A DNA stretch of 63,887 nucleotides, the filler included, from Olpidium bornovanus S191 (taxonomy: Eukaryota; Fungi; Olpidiomycota): assembly GCA_017911155.1 (NCBI GenBank). It is 28 parts of 28 records of this genome, joined end to end, with 100 filler letters (N's around TTAATTAATTAA, not from the genome) between each part and the next. Parts side by side here need not be neighbours in the genome. Positions count along the whole stretch, not along the records: positions 11,174 to 12,317 come from JAEFCI010007847.1; positions 12,418 to 13,449 come from JAEFCI010009389.1; positions 13,550 to 15,281 come from JAEFCI010005677.1; positions 15,382 to 17,683 come from JAEFCI010008284.1; positions 17,784 to 18,958 come from JAEFCI010004224.1; positions 19,059 to 20,506 come from JAEFCI010010475.1; positions 20,607 to 22,192 come from JAEFCI010005078.1; positions 22,293 to 23,836 come from JAEFCI010012107.1; 20 more parts are not named here. One strand, 5' to 3'. The translations under genes and the position numbers were made by a program. Numbering within the stretch: position 1 is the first letter of the stretch; every line of letters starts with the position of its first letter. Positions 11,370 through 23,936 of this stretch are shown one piece after another. The notes beneath the pieces are model-generated. The model saw only the letters and a program-made list of their open reading frames with translations, made no database searches and had not been told where the DNA came from.

Positions 11370-11898
11370 TCACTGAGGAAAACGAGCTCTGCTATTTTTT
11401 CTCCCTCTACGACTAGTGTGTTCCGGCACCCGAGGCGGGAGGCGCGGCATTGAGGAAGGGCGGGGGGGGGGGGGGGGGTGGGGGTGATGAGACGACGGCA
11501 CGCGCCGTTCTTTTCCCGTCGGGCGTAATGCTGGTCTAAAAAGTCCCGTCGTGAAACCGACGCTTATATCCACCGGTCCCGCGTTGTTATGATTATTATT
11601 ATTATGTATATTTTTTGTTTCAGCGACAGCGACCACACGTTGGATGGTCACGAGTTCCGACAGGCTTTTGTCGAATACGAGGCGGTGAGCGGCGACGTGC
11701 CGCTGACGCTCGATGAGATCAATGAAATGGTCCGTTGAAGGTTTTCGTTTCAATCGTGCATTCGACATATTTGCGTAACCGCCGCGCTTACGCTCCTCGT
11801 CCTTCCCTCCAACATCGCACCTTGATGTTTTTGAAACGCCCCGCGGTTTTGGACGAAAGACTGACCACGCCATGAAGGAAGACGACGTGGACAACGAG
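11370..11898 (+). CDS. MCFD2-like EF-hand protein, partial (exons about 11370-11415, 11624-11730, 11860-11898)
   Basis: The splice gives TEENELCYFFSLYDYDSDHTLDGHEFRQAF...LTLDEINEM/TDHAMKEDDVDND, similar to MCFD2 ([20 protein letters not shown]...LINIIDGVLRDDDKNNDG). First and last exons were not resolved. Confidence 0.55.
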
Positions 11899-12444
11899 TG
11901 AATGACGGGGACGCAGGAGGAAATGAAAAATCGGAGGCGCTTTTTTGCATCCGCACCGGCCTCCTTATTTTTGAGTCCAAAATGAAGACAGGCTAAAGTG
12001 GCCTGAAACGGACGAACGTTCTGATTCTCCTAACCTGACGAGCAGCAACCCCGCCGAGCCCCCACCCCTTGGCCCGCAGCGGAAAATCGGTTGGGAAGAG
12101 TACCTTGCTTCACACTCGTACCATTACTGTAAGCGAGATCAGGATTCGTGCGTCAACCGAAAGAGTGGAACGTTTTAGGAAAATCCGTCGAATTCACATG
12201 GGTTTCTCTCACATTCCACTCTTTTCCGACTTCTTGTTACCCCTCAAACAGCGTAAATAATTCGTCGGCAAGTCGATATGTTTTTAGTTGTCCTGGCTCT
12301 CACTGTGATGATCCGCGNNNNNNNNNNNNNNNNNNNNNNNNNNNNNNNNNNNNNNNNNNNNTTAATTAATTAANNNNNNNNNNNNNNNNNNNNNNNNNNN
12401 NNNNNNNNNNNNNNNNNCCGGTCGCACGTCCGACCAATCCGGGG

Positions 12445-13449
12445 GTGGATTTATACAGCCACCTCAGCGTTGCGAGGGCGCCGCACCATCGCCTCTCCGC
12501 TCCGTCTACATTTCGGTACTCCCCGCCCACAAATCATGGCCGTTACAACGGGGATGACCTGCGATCTACTTGTTCATCGTGGAGCGCAATTTCGCAGGAC
12601 CAGATGAACCACGTCACGCCCACTCCGCCGATGGCATGGGAGGAGGACGGCACGGCTGCTTTCCTGGGGCCGAGAGCACGTCCGTCTGCTCAAGCCTGGA
12701 AATCGCCAGGCGGCACCAGCGCCACGCCCCCGCCGGAACTTCCCGAGCACGGACCGTTCCGACGCGTGACTTCGATGCGAAGGCCCTCGCTGGCGCTTTT
12801 CCCTTCCCTGCGCGAGCTGGCAGCACGAATTGTTTTGGGCTTAGGGATCCCCGTGAACGTGGACCGCGTCTCGACGACTGTGCACGCTTACGTCCAGGCG
12901 GGGGCGCGGCCGTGTTCGCTTTGCCGTCAACCGTATGTCAAGGAATGGATTTCGTGCGTGCAAGTTGGCAGGTTTGGCGGGCATGCGTCCGTCCCCCGTC
13001 GGGTACGGTACTGCTCTGCAAAATGTTGGACTCGCGGAATCGCCCAACAGGTCGAGCCTGAGGGCAGCTTCCGTCAATCCTGTTCGCAGCATAACTCCGT
13101 GTCCGGGTCGCAGGCCAAGTTACCGATATCGTCCCGATCGTCACTCGGCCACCTCGCCCCCCGGTTCTCCCCGTCGGAGGGCGCCTCTGGGGATGCCAGC
13201 GACACCGCGACGGCTTCTCAGGGAACGGCGCGGCAGGCACCCTACCAGACCCCCTGTACCAGCTGCCCGCAGGTCCCGTCATGTCCCGCCGTCTCGGACA
13301 CCCCCGCAAGATGGAGGCTCCAGTATTACCATGCAAACATACGGCCGCCACCGCCTTTTCCCACTCGCTCAACGACGCCTTGCCGGGCAGACGCGGCCAG
13401 CACGCCATCTTCGATGGCTTTGGGAGCGCTCGACGTCCGGCAAATCCGC
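12445..13449 (+). CDS. Probable LRRC58-like protein, C-terminal region (BC-box-like motif plus Cys cluster)
   Basis: Open frame with FPSLRELAARIV...ARPCSLCRQPY...VPRRVRYCSAKCW, resembling the LRRC58 C-terminus (PPSLLELAARTI...SNCPNPKCGGVYF...YLCSPEC). The LRRs themselves are not on this contig. Confidence 0.5.
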
Positions 13450-13592
13450 NNNNNNNNNNNNNNNNNNNNNNNNNNNNNNNNNNNNNNNNNNNNTTAATTA
13501 ATTAANNNNNNNNNNNNNNNNNNNNNNNNNNNNNNNNNNNNNNNNNNNNGGGTGGGGGGGGGGGGGGGGCGGGGGGGGGGGGGGGGGGCCGG

Positions 13593-13633
<41 letters not shown>

Positions 13634-14081
13634 CTTTTTTTCTTTCCCGGCCGGAGAGAATCAAGAATGAACCAGAACTTGCGCACTCGCTGCACTCGCT
13701 GCACGAGGGGGGATTCCGGCGACACTTGCCTTCTGGTGCCATTTTCTCCTCTCCCCCGCCTCCTCTTCCTCCTCCGCCCGTTCTCCCTCCCGTTCTCCGC
13801 CCCTTCTCCCGCCCCTCTCCAGCCGTCGGCGTCGAGGCTCCGTGGGGAGCTTCACGGACTCCCTCCGCCCCCCCTCCTCCCACTTTTCGCCCCCTCCCTT
13901 TCTCGTCTCACGGACGGACAGACACGCACACGCACGCACAGACCAACCCGCGCGTCCCGCTCAGTAGTACATAAATTCCCAACAACAAAAAAAAAAAAAA
14001 AATGGCACGGAAGCCGGATGAAAAAAAAAAGGGGGGGGGGGGGGGGACGAGATAGGTGAGAAGATTCTTTCTCTTTTTTTT

Positions 14082-15281
14082 TCACCGCTTCCTCTTTCCC
14101 GCTCGCTCTCTCGCCTTGTCCATCTTCTTGAACCGCCCTTCCTCGTCCCCGAGGGACCCTTCTATCGCGCGGATCTTCTTGCGGTACTGCTCGTCGCGCT
14201 CGCGCTGCTGGCGGAGCCGGTGCGCGCTGATGAACTGCGCGTCCCTGCGCAGCTCGCGCGCGGCGCCCTTCTTCTCCCGGCGGTGCCGCGCCCGCAGGCG
14301 CGCCAGCTCCTGCCGCTCGCCGTCCGGGTCGTAGTGCCGGTCCGGGTTGTAGGCGTCCTCGAACTTGGGGAAGTACGTCGGGATCGCCAGCGGCCGGTGC
14401 TGCTGCAGCGAGAGTGGCCGGCGCGCTTCGACGGAGTGCTTCGAGAGCCGCGCGATGAGGTCGGCCGCGCCCGCGACGGCGGCCTGGCGAGACGGAGAGG
14501 GGAGAGAACACCCGCGGAGGAGGGAAGAGGGGCAGAGGGGAAGGGGAAGAAGAAATTGCGTTTGCGAAACGTCGAACCGTCGGCGAGTTGCGGAACCACA
14601 GCCCAACGGCCCCGATATGTTCCCTTACCTGCACGTCGCTCGGAACCCCCTCGACGTCCCCTCCGGCCGCGACGCTCCGCACGACGTCGCCGAGGGGGGA
14701 GAACGCCTCGCAGAAGGCGTGTAAGCCCTTGTTGGCCTCGCCGAACTTCCCGCAAAGCTTAGCCGCCGCCCCGATCAGCTGCCATCGCACGTCGTCACCG
14801 GCGCCATCTGGTTCTCTGCGGAGGAGCACGGACAGGTTGGGTAGCCCGACCGGCGAAACGTCGGCGCGCAACCGGGCGTGCAGATTTTGCGAGCCCTGTT
14901 GGAGGAGACCGGTAGCGAAAAGGGTGGCCGGCGCAGCGGAACTGGTGCTCTTGGGCTTCAGGAGCTGCAGAGCGGCTGCCAGGAAGGAGAGGACCTCCGG
15001 GACGTAGCGCTTGGAGAGGGCTTGGTACTGACGAGGCCAAAGCCGCGACGTTGATTCAGCTACAGGGCGCTGTCGCGGGCCGGAATACGACTACGAACAG
15101 CACGACCGCCGGGAACCCACCTCCAACAAAACGGAGCACACGAACAACCCCTTCGCCAGGTCGACCACCGACCGCACGGGGAGTTGCGCGAGGCACTCCG
15201 CCAGCAGCAGCGTGGCCGGCGTGGCCACCGGGTGGACGAGATCCGAGGTCGAGAACACGCCCGCCAGGAACCTGAACATGA
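14082..15281 (-). CDS. NOP14: Nucleolar protein Nop14, C-terminal part (multi-exon)
   Basis: FSTSDLVHPVATPATLLL, SKRYVPEVLSFL and RPLAIPTYFPKFEDAYNPDRHYDPDGERQELARLRARHRREKKGAARELRRDAQF are hallmark Nop14 motifs. Confidence 0.92.
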
Positions 15282-15567
15282 NNNNNNNNNNNNNNNNNNN
15301 NNNNNNNNNNNNNNNNNNNNNNNNNTTAATTAATTAANNNNNNNNNNNNNNNNNNNNNNNNNNNNNNNNNNNNNNNNNNNNAGGAGGGGCGGGTGGGAGC
15401 AGGCGTGGTTTGCAGGAGACGCCGTTACCAGTCTCCACACGCGCACGCACGAGGAGGAAGAGTTCCTCGCGGGGCCAAAAAAAAAAAAAAAAAAAGGGGC
15501 GCGCGCGAAACGGACATGTTTAACAGAGCGGCATAAATTCATCTGCGTCTGAAGTATTTAGGTCGAG

Positions 15568-15611
<44 letters not shown>

Positions 15612-15919
15612 TTTTTTCCCCACCGGTCTCCCCGGCTGTGATGAGGAAGGAAGAGGGAGATGGTATATATCGGAATAATGTTCTACAGTGGGAAGAAGGG
15701 GGGGGGGAGGTGCCTAACGGATGGGATGCGGGGGGAGGGAGATGGCGGCCTTAGATATTTTGAGCAAGAACGAAATCAAAAAAGTCGAACTTCTCCTTTT
15801 CCGGGTAAAATTCGTGAAAGACCTGGGGGACCGGCCCAGGGCTAACCCCCCCCCTTCCCCCCCTCCCCCGAGCGCAGAAAACAATCGCTCCGCCATTCCG
15901 GCGCAACCGAATTTTTTGT

Positions 15920-17350
15920 CTATTGACTCTCGCTGGTCAAGCTGTCGATGAGCTCCTGCATGGGCGCGAGTTCCTTCTTGTCGATGAGACCGAACTCCTG
16001 CACGAAGAACACGAAGTGCTTGAACGAGGTGTTCAGGTGGGCCTCCTCGCCGAGTGAGACGATCTTGGGGAAGTGCGAGTGGTAGATGTGCGCGTAGACG
16101 CGGAAGAGCCGCTTGAAGATGTTCTTTACGACCGAAGGGAAGTTCTTCGGGAAGGGAACCCCTGGAGCAAAAGAGAAAAAAAAGGGCGAACGGGCGGGGG
16201 AGGCGTACGTTCATTCAGCTTCTTGATCGGCGCTCGACGGGGGCTTTCGAGTGGAACAAAAAAGAAAGCGGGGGGAGGGTGAAGTTGCCGACGACCCTCT
16301 ACCCCCCGTTTCCACGCGGGAAAGTCTACTCGCAGGAGTCGCGCGTGGGGCACGACGCCCGCTGCGTACCGATTTTTGAGGGGAAAACGTTCTCGTCGTC
16401 CAGCTGGCTCTGCACCCACGTCATCAGGTAGTCGACGTACTCCGGCGCCGAAACCTTTGTGGGTTTTTTGAACTGCTGACCGTCACACCAGTGATATTCG
16501 TACCTAGTTTTCATGTTTTTTTTTTTTGGGGGGGGGGGTAAGTCGTTCAGATTCGCAAGATCTCTTCGAACTTTCCAGGGCAAACGTATCCCCCTCCCCC
16601 CCACTCTTTCTCACTTCGGCCCTGCAGACATGACGGGACACTCCTGGGCCGAGCAGAACTCCGTGATCGTCCCGTAGAGCATATTGATCTGGTTGAAAAA
16701 GTCCACGGCTGGGGCGTTGCGGGGAGGGAGGGAGGGCAGGGCAGCAGCGGAGTATCAGCAAAAGGCTCCGGGCCGGCTTCTTCCCACGACCACCCGCTCC
16801 ACCGAACTCGGAAAACGTCAGGTGGCGGTGGTGGTGGGTGGCGTTGATGAGGGTGGGCGTGTGGAAGGATGGAGAACCGATCAAAAAAAAACACTGAAAA
16901 CGCACTGTTCACTGCCAACCACTCGTTCAGATCCTCTCCCTCGGGCAGCGTTACCGCCAGGCGGAGATTTCCGGAACCGAGCGTCGCCTCCGCGTATTTC
17001 TTGAGCTGGTACTGCTTGGTGCCCTCGGCGATGTTTTTCTTCGGCTTGAACGTCTTGTTCTTGCTGTGCGCGTGCAGGAGGGGGAGTTTTTTTTTATGAC
17101 GTGCCCCGTTTTCGGCCCAGGGGGCGGAAGAAAAAGGAAAGCGGAGAAACGAAATGTGACGGGCCGATGGGGGTGGGGGGGGGGACCCTCAGACAGACGA
17201 CGAAGAGGAGGAGGAGAGGAAGGAAGAGGAGCAGGGAGGAGGGAGCGAGGCGACCGGGGAAGCCAAGCGGCCCTCACTTTCCGCGATCGAGACAACAAAA
17301 AAAAAATACCCACCGCTGCCGTCTGCCACGTACAAGTTGAACAGGCTCAT
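15920..17350 (-). CDS. MOB1: MOB kinase activator Mob1, complete (5 exons)
   Basis: The spliced product reads [58 protein letters not shown]...[17 protein letters not shown]...YEYHW...[26 protein letters not shown]...[16 protein letters not shown]...HLNTSFKHF, with TAG at 15920-15922. Confidence 0.97.
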
Positions 17351-17506
17351 CCTTTTTTTTTTTTTTTTTTTTTCGCCTCGCTCTCGGGTCCGCTCGCTTT
17401 CGGCCGGGGGTCCGCGTTTTTTCCCTCCTCTCAGCGGCGGAGCTGCGCGGGCGTGCGCGCGCGCGTGTGATGATGACGGTGCGGGCGGGGGGGGGGGGGG
17501 GGGGGG

Positions 17507-17561
<55 letters not shown>

Positions 17562-17783
17562 CGGGGGGGGGGGGTGCGCGGGTTTTTGGTCGACCGGGAA
17601 AAGCGAGGGGGAAGGCGGGTGAGTGTGTGCGTGTGTGCGGGTTTCTGCCGCCGGAACGAACCGAAAAAAATGATGGAAAAAAANNNNNNNNNNNNNNNNN
17701 NNNNNNNNNNNNNNNNNNNNNNNNNNNTTAATTAATTAANNNNNNNNNNNNNNNNNNNNNNNNNNNNNNNNNNNNNNNNNNNN

Positions 17784-17855
<72 letters not shown>

Positions 17856-17858
17856 CCG

Positions 17859-17899
<41 letters not shown>

Positions 17900-19058
17900 T
17901 CCGAAATCCGGAAACCTGGACAGGTTAACGCACAATTCTTTACAGTGGTCAACGAATCCAGATTCAGTACGTTTTTTCGTTTTTGCCCCGGCTCCCGGCT
18001 CTGGAGCCATACTATATGTACGGCTCCGGGCGGCGGCGCGCCTGCGGGCGCTGCGGCGGCTATTTTGCACCCGCCTCCGACAGGAGGAGGAAACGGGCCG
18101 GAGGAGACCGGGGTGGTGCACAACGTGCAAAAAAAAAAATAATAATAATAATAAATCCCGGCGCATTTTCGAGTCGGCGTTCGCCGGCGCTGTTGCCCGC
18201 AGGCGGACCGGGCCCGGCCGAAGGACGCCGTCGCTTGAATAGCCGGAAGGAATTCAACGGCGAAAACAAAATGCGCAGCCGGGGACAAACGCCGCAGAAA
18301 ACGTACTAATTTTGTACGCGAATTTTCTTTTCAAAAAGCCGGGACCCTGATAGTTTTCCAAAATTATCTCAAATGCTTCCGGCGAGGCAGAACGAAACCG
18401 TTAGTCACAGGAAACATCTACTTCACGGGCAGGGCCGTTCCCCCCCCCCCCCCCGCAATCCACGCCCCCCCGGAGGGGGGTGTTTTTTTTCTTTTTTCTT
18501 TTTTTCTTTTTTTCTTTTTTTCTTTTTTTCTTTTTTGATTTTTTTCTAATTTAATCGTCCGGTGGGCCTTTCTTTGGGCGGGTGACCGAGTTGGTCGATC
18601 GCTCAGTTTTCCCGCCGCAGCCCGATACATGCCAGCCGAAGTGGAGGCGTTCGCGGAAATTTTGCAGGGAATGGAGTGAGTGATGTGCGGGGGCGATAAC
18701 GGGGGAGAGGGGCCCGGCTGTGGATAGGGGGGGGGTATACATTACACAATCCACCGGCACCCCACTCCCTCCCCACGCCCGTGTGTGCATATAAACCGTT
18801 AAAAGTATGCAAAGTAAGTTTAAATGTTCGTGCGATGCATGAACGTATGTCAGCACGCGTAAAAGTAAAAAAATCTAATAACGAGCAACGTGCGAAAGCC
18901 GCGCGATGCGCGGCCAAAGACAGAAAAAAAAAAGGAAACGGCAAGATTTACCTTGATTNNNNNNNNNNNNNNNNNNNNNNNNNNNNNNNNNNNNNNNNNN
19001 NNTTAATTAATTAANNNNNNNNNNNNNNNNNNNNNNNNNNNNNNNNNNNNNNNNNNNN

Positions 19059-19860
19059 CATGTCCACGTACAACGGGGATGAATACCTAGGACAGGAGTT
19101 CCGCGTCTCAGACGTATGCAGACGGCCGCCATATCCCCTAGAGATAAATGGGATCACCTACGTCAAATTTCGCATCCTTGCCTGCTGGGGTTGCATCGGA
19201 TGTGTGCTTCCGTCTGCCTCGGTATGTGTGGGCTTGGACAAGTAGATTTGGCCAAACTCTATCAAATACTTCCGCTGTTTGCAGCAAAGGAGCAGTTTCA
19301 GAGTCGACGACAGAGCAAGCGCAGCCGGCGGCTAAACAGTTGCTGCGGGCAGCAGAACACACCGTCAAGTCGCCCTTTTTCCCCGTGTACTGTGCGGCAT
19401 TTTCCAGCAGCACCTCCCCTGCCTCTGCTACCGTTTCCTGCAAGGTGTTCTGCACGAACTCGTCGAAGGAGTCGAGCTGCTGCTGGACGAGCCCTTTTTT
19501 CGTGAAAAACGTGTCGATGACGGCCCAGCAGTCCTGCGCCGGGTGGTTGTTTAAAAGTGGCGGAAAACGCAGCAAGGCGAAGCATGGCGTCAGAAATCTG
19601 CTACGAACGGGCGCGCTGTAGTCCCCGGGCTTGCGGCGCGAAATCACGCGGGACCGCGCTTCAGCCGTCGTACCTCCTGGGCGATCTCCGCGTCGTCCTC
19701 CTCGGGCGTGGGCGGAGCTGGACACGGGTCGGAAACGCGGGTAGGGGGCCGAGCGTCAGCAGCGCAGCGGCGGAGCCAGCGCAAGGCAGACCAGCATCGA
19801 CAGGGGCGGCCCGCCCGTACCATGCTCGTCGCCTTCAAAGTTCTCGTCCTCGTAGTACAT
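19059..19860 (-). CDS. RPB2: RNA polymerase II second-largest subunit, 5' fragment
   Basis: Exons give [12 protein letters not shown]..., [71 protein letters not shown] and YSSPLYVDM. Confidence 0.97.
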
Positions 19861-21163
19861 GACGCCCGACGGCGGCCAAAGAAGCGGCACTGGTTGGGAC
19901 GAAGGCTGCTAGACAGCAGGCGCGCCTCGGGCGGAGGGCGCGCGGCGCGTCAGTAGCCGGGGGCCTGTCGGTAAACCTGCGGGTCAGCTTTTTGAGCAGC
20001 CGGAGCAGCTGGTTCGGGCTGGCGGAGGTCGACTGCGGCGGTACGCCCCGTCGAGAGGGGCGGACGCGCACGGCTTCGGAGGGCTACGCGCGCCCACGGG
20101 CAGAGCGGCCGGGGAGAACGGCCGGCGGCTCTTCTCTGTGCGTCGGTTCCGGCGAGGTTGCCCCGGCCGACTTCAGACAGTGTGGAAAACGGGAGGACGG
20201 GCGGAAGAGGGGCGAAACGAAGGAGGGCCCGCGGGCGGTGGCGTCGTCGTGTGAACCCCCGCCGCCATCCACAACCCGCACGCACCGCCACATCAACCGC
20301 CCATCCGGGAAGGAAACGCGGGTTGCTACATCCAGCCGCTCACCGGACGTAAAAAGTTCCAACCAAAACACAACAAAGGAAACCGCTCCGTGCGCCCTCT
20401 TCTCCGCTTTCCGCGCTCAGGCTCCTCGCTCCCCTGTCACCAAGGCACAGCAGGTTTACGTTAGTGTTGCCTTTCTGGGTTACCGTGTGCATATCTTTTG
20501 TCATGGNNNNNNNNNNNNNNNNNNNNNNNNNNNNNNNNNNNNNNNNNNNNTTAATTAATTAANNNNNNNNNNNNNNNNNNNNNNNNNNNNNNNNNNNNNN
20601 NNNNNNCATGCTGCCCTCCGCGCAAAGGATCGCGGACTGCACGTTTCCAAGGGTGAGGCGACCCGTCGAAAATGTGCCGAACCCCAGAACAGACCCGGAA
20701 AGGATGGCTCACAACCGGAATCGAAGCCGGACCGCCGCCACCTTTTTTGAAGGCCTGCGCGGCCGAAACTGTTGGGAAGCTTGTATGCACGTGCGTGTGC
20801 GCGCATACTCACGTTTGGGCATCTGGGGGGAAGAGGGATGAGCGGGCCGTAAGCCCAATGTTTTTTGTGCGGCGTCAGAGAGTCCGGGTTGGGCTAAAGA
20901 CCCGTGCGAACTTGAGCCGGGGGTACGAGCCGAGTACGCAACGAGATGAGGACTCTCGGAAACGGAGGAAGCTGTACTGTACGGGAGGTGAAGATTCTGA
21001 CAGCGAAACAATCTGCGTTCTAAAAGAAATTCAGTCTGTGTGTGGTTCCTTGTATTTTCCGATAACTCGGGCGCGCGTCTCTCATGCGGGTCTCCGTAGT
21101 TTGTCATTTCCGGTGCATGGCCGACAGACATGGCCGGTATGCATGCGTTCTCCATTTCCGCAC

Positions 21164-21830
21164 ACCCCTCCTCGCTGAGAGGTCCGCCGTTCTCTTGCCC
21201 TTGGTCCTGCGTTGCTTTGCTAGTTACCTTTAAACGATGCTCGTCCTTCGGCGGAGCCGCGGTTTCTCCTGAGTCACTTTTGCGCGCCTACGGCGCTGAA
21301 TCCAATCAACTCGCGAAATACGCAAGCTTGATTTTATTGAGCGGATTGGTAAGACCGTCCGCGGGGTTCTCTTCCGCGAGCACATTTCGGAGTACTAGCG
21401 TTTCCTAGAATATACGAAAAGTCCTGTCCCTCCGTCTTTTCGAACTGCCATTGGCGAGGCCGTCGAGTACTTGCCAAAACGTCAACTTTGTAACCTTGCT
21501 GAACCTGCAGATCAGCCGTGCGTCAGCGAAATAGCTTCGCAGCCAAGCATACCGAAAGTGATGTTTAATCAATTGATGGAACAAGCGTCAGCAGGTCAGG
21601 CTGGTATAAGGAGAGAAACGAGCGCGTCCGTTGGTGCCGATCTATGAACTTTTGGCGTCACGCTTGCGAACGAAAACCCGCTTGTCCCCAACGAGATCGG
21701 CATCCGGCGGCAAGTCGACAACGTGCCCGAACACGCCGCGACGTCGGAACGAGTCGAGCTCAGAGGCCATGGCGGCTTTCCGCAGAAGCCGGTCCGGAAT
21801 GTGCTGCGCTTCAGCAACAGAGTGCGGACC
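21164..21830 (-). mobile_element. Internally deleted Ty1/copia relic (RT N-terminus joined to RNase H C-terminus, PPT, LTR start)
   Basis: PHSVAEAQHIPD...AAMASELDSFRRRGVFGHVVDLPPDADLVGDKRVFVRKRD (RT start), then EENPADGLTNPLNKIKLAYF (RNase H end) only about 300 bp later, then GAGGAGGGG|TGTG at 21164. Confidence 0.8.
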
Positions 21831-22055
21831 AGAGTCGTTTCTCATCAGAAGAGATCACATTCACAATCACGAAGGCGAAAGTCGTCGTCTACAAGGGTGG
21901 ATGATCCCGCAGCGCCCCTGTTCCTGAACGGAACGCGAACGGAAGCGGGTGGCGGGGCGGCGTCGAAGGGGCGGCCGCCGGCGGGCAAAGCGAAGCGAAG
22001 ACGCCGAACCGCGCGCGTACGAGCGGCTATACGGGGCGCGGCGAGCGAGTAGAAC

Positions 22056-22088
<33 letters not shown>

Positions 22089-22144
22089 CCCCCCTTGCGG
22101 GCGGGGGTGGGGTTGTGGTCTTCGCTGCCAAAGTGAGGAAGAAC

Positions 22145-22192
<48 letters not shown>

Positions 22193-22431
22193 NNNNNNNN
22201 NNNNNNNNNNNNNNNNNNNNNNNNNNNNNNNNNNNNTTAATTAATTAANNNNNNNNNNNNNNNNNNNNNNNNNNNNNNNNNNNNNNNNNNNNCGTTTACC
22301 GCTGCCACGGTCTGCAAAGTTTTGCATCTGTCCACTGCATTTATTACTCTTTGGCAACGCCGGTGATTACGGTCCGCTGAGATCGTGGCGGAAGGGAATG
22401 TGTAATCTCCATGTTCCCTCCACGTCGCAAG

Positions 22432-23681
22432 CGCGCCAGTGAATATCATTGAGGAGAAAGCAAAGTCTGACGAAGAGGATGAGGATCTCATCGTCGTCAT
22501 GCCTGCTGGGATGGCAATGGTGGGTACACCGAGAGACGCCTGACTAACTGTGGTTCACGCTCCTGCGTAATTGTGCTCCCCGTTTACCCGACGTTCCGTT
22601 TACGGATCATCAAGGCTGCGGTGGCTCCAGCACCGCCGCCACCGGCCCTTCCTCAGGAGAACCATGGCGGGCTGGTTCGCAAGATGCTTGAGACGAAAAA
22701 GGAACTCGAGTTGGACGCGGCAAGCGCCGCAGCGCCGCCAGTCGGTGCCCCTGTGAAGGAGCAAGTCTTGGCCGTAAATATCTTTTCAGCGAGGGAGAAG
22801 GCGACGGCGAAGAAAGAGGTGTGGTTTGCAGCGCGATTGATGCCCGACATATTTTGACGGCGGAAACACCGCGCTTGGTGTCCCATGCGTCGTGGGATTT
22901 TTGAGCGAGATCCTCGTTTTCCTTTTCCCTTCTGCGACATGAAGATCGAAGCTCTACGCGAGAGCATACAGCACCTCTGCCGATCGACGCATCCCCTCGG
23001 CACCACGCTGGACTACATTCAGGAAGACGTGGACAGCATGAATACGGAACTGGAGTACTGGGTAAAGGAGTATAAACAGTACAGAAAACGCCACGAAGAG
23101 GCGCTGAGGTAAGCTTTCGCATCGATGCTTAGGGAATAACAGTGAAACCTTCGAGCGCAGTCCAGCTGCTAATATTCCTGTCTCCTCCTCGTGACCGGAT
23201 CGTTAGGGCCACGAAAGAAGCGCTGGCGCCACTGGAGGCGCAATTGCTGCATCTGGAGGCGAGCATCGAAGACAAGGTCAGCGTGAGGGTTATTATGGAG
23301 ACTTGGTCGCAAATTCGGAATACGGCACGGACCCGGCCGCCCGCTCTCGGAAGCCCAATGGCCGTCACGTGACACGCGTCACTGCGCCATCCCTCACCCT
23401 GACGTTCTTCATTCGCGAGCAGCAAGACGCGATCGCCGCTTGCAAAGCGAAGATCACGGAAAACGAGATAATCATCAACGTGAGCTTTCCGCGTTTCCCC
23501 CCAAACTTTCTGCTGAGACGTTTCTCTTCCTGCAACCCGCGACGACACCCGTGGAACGTGCAAAGTGACGCGCCCGGAAAAGGCTCTTGTTCGATTTGCT
23601 GAAGACTCCCCTGGTCCGCGGTCGGCCGTGACTCCTCGTTTTCAGAAATTGCTGTCCAATATCACCCGTCCGCCGAGGTGA
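22432..23681 (+). CDS. IFT54: Intraflagellar transport protein IFT54 (TRAF3IP1/MIP-T3), C-terminal coiled-coil region
   Basis: Exons encode [89 protein letters not shown] and KLLSNITRPPR*, matching TRAF3IP1 (HGGLVKKILETKK...[26 protein letters not shown]). Confidence 0.92.
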
Positions 23682-23936
23682 CAACGGGGCCGCATCGAGG
23701 AGACGCCGTATTGCGCATGCGGATATATTTGAACAGCGAACCCTTCTGGCGCGAGGAGCAGGGTATCCGTCCTCCGGCGGAAGGCTTCGTTTGCTGGCCC
23801 TGCTGGCGGACAGGCAGGGAAGCGGCGACGGCAAAGNNNNNNNNNNNNNNNNNNNNNNNNNNNNNNNNNNNNNNNNNNNNTTAATTAATTAANNNNNNNN
23901 NNNNNNNNNNNNNNNNNNNNNNNNNNNNNNNNNNNN

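Noticed and set aside
17784-17896. Poly(A) tail of a retrocopy or LINE
   Set aside because: At a contig edge with no upstream body visible, and similar A/T runs are ubiquitous in introns here.
17732-18309. Poly-Phe, poly-Lys, poly-Gly and poly-Pro ORFs
   Set aside because: Translations of intronic or intergenic homopolymer runs, not proteins.
20607-20660. Tudor-SN or staphylococcal nuclease fragment (ALRAKDRGLH)
   Set aside because: Only about 15 codons at a contig edge, which is insufficient evidence.
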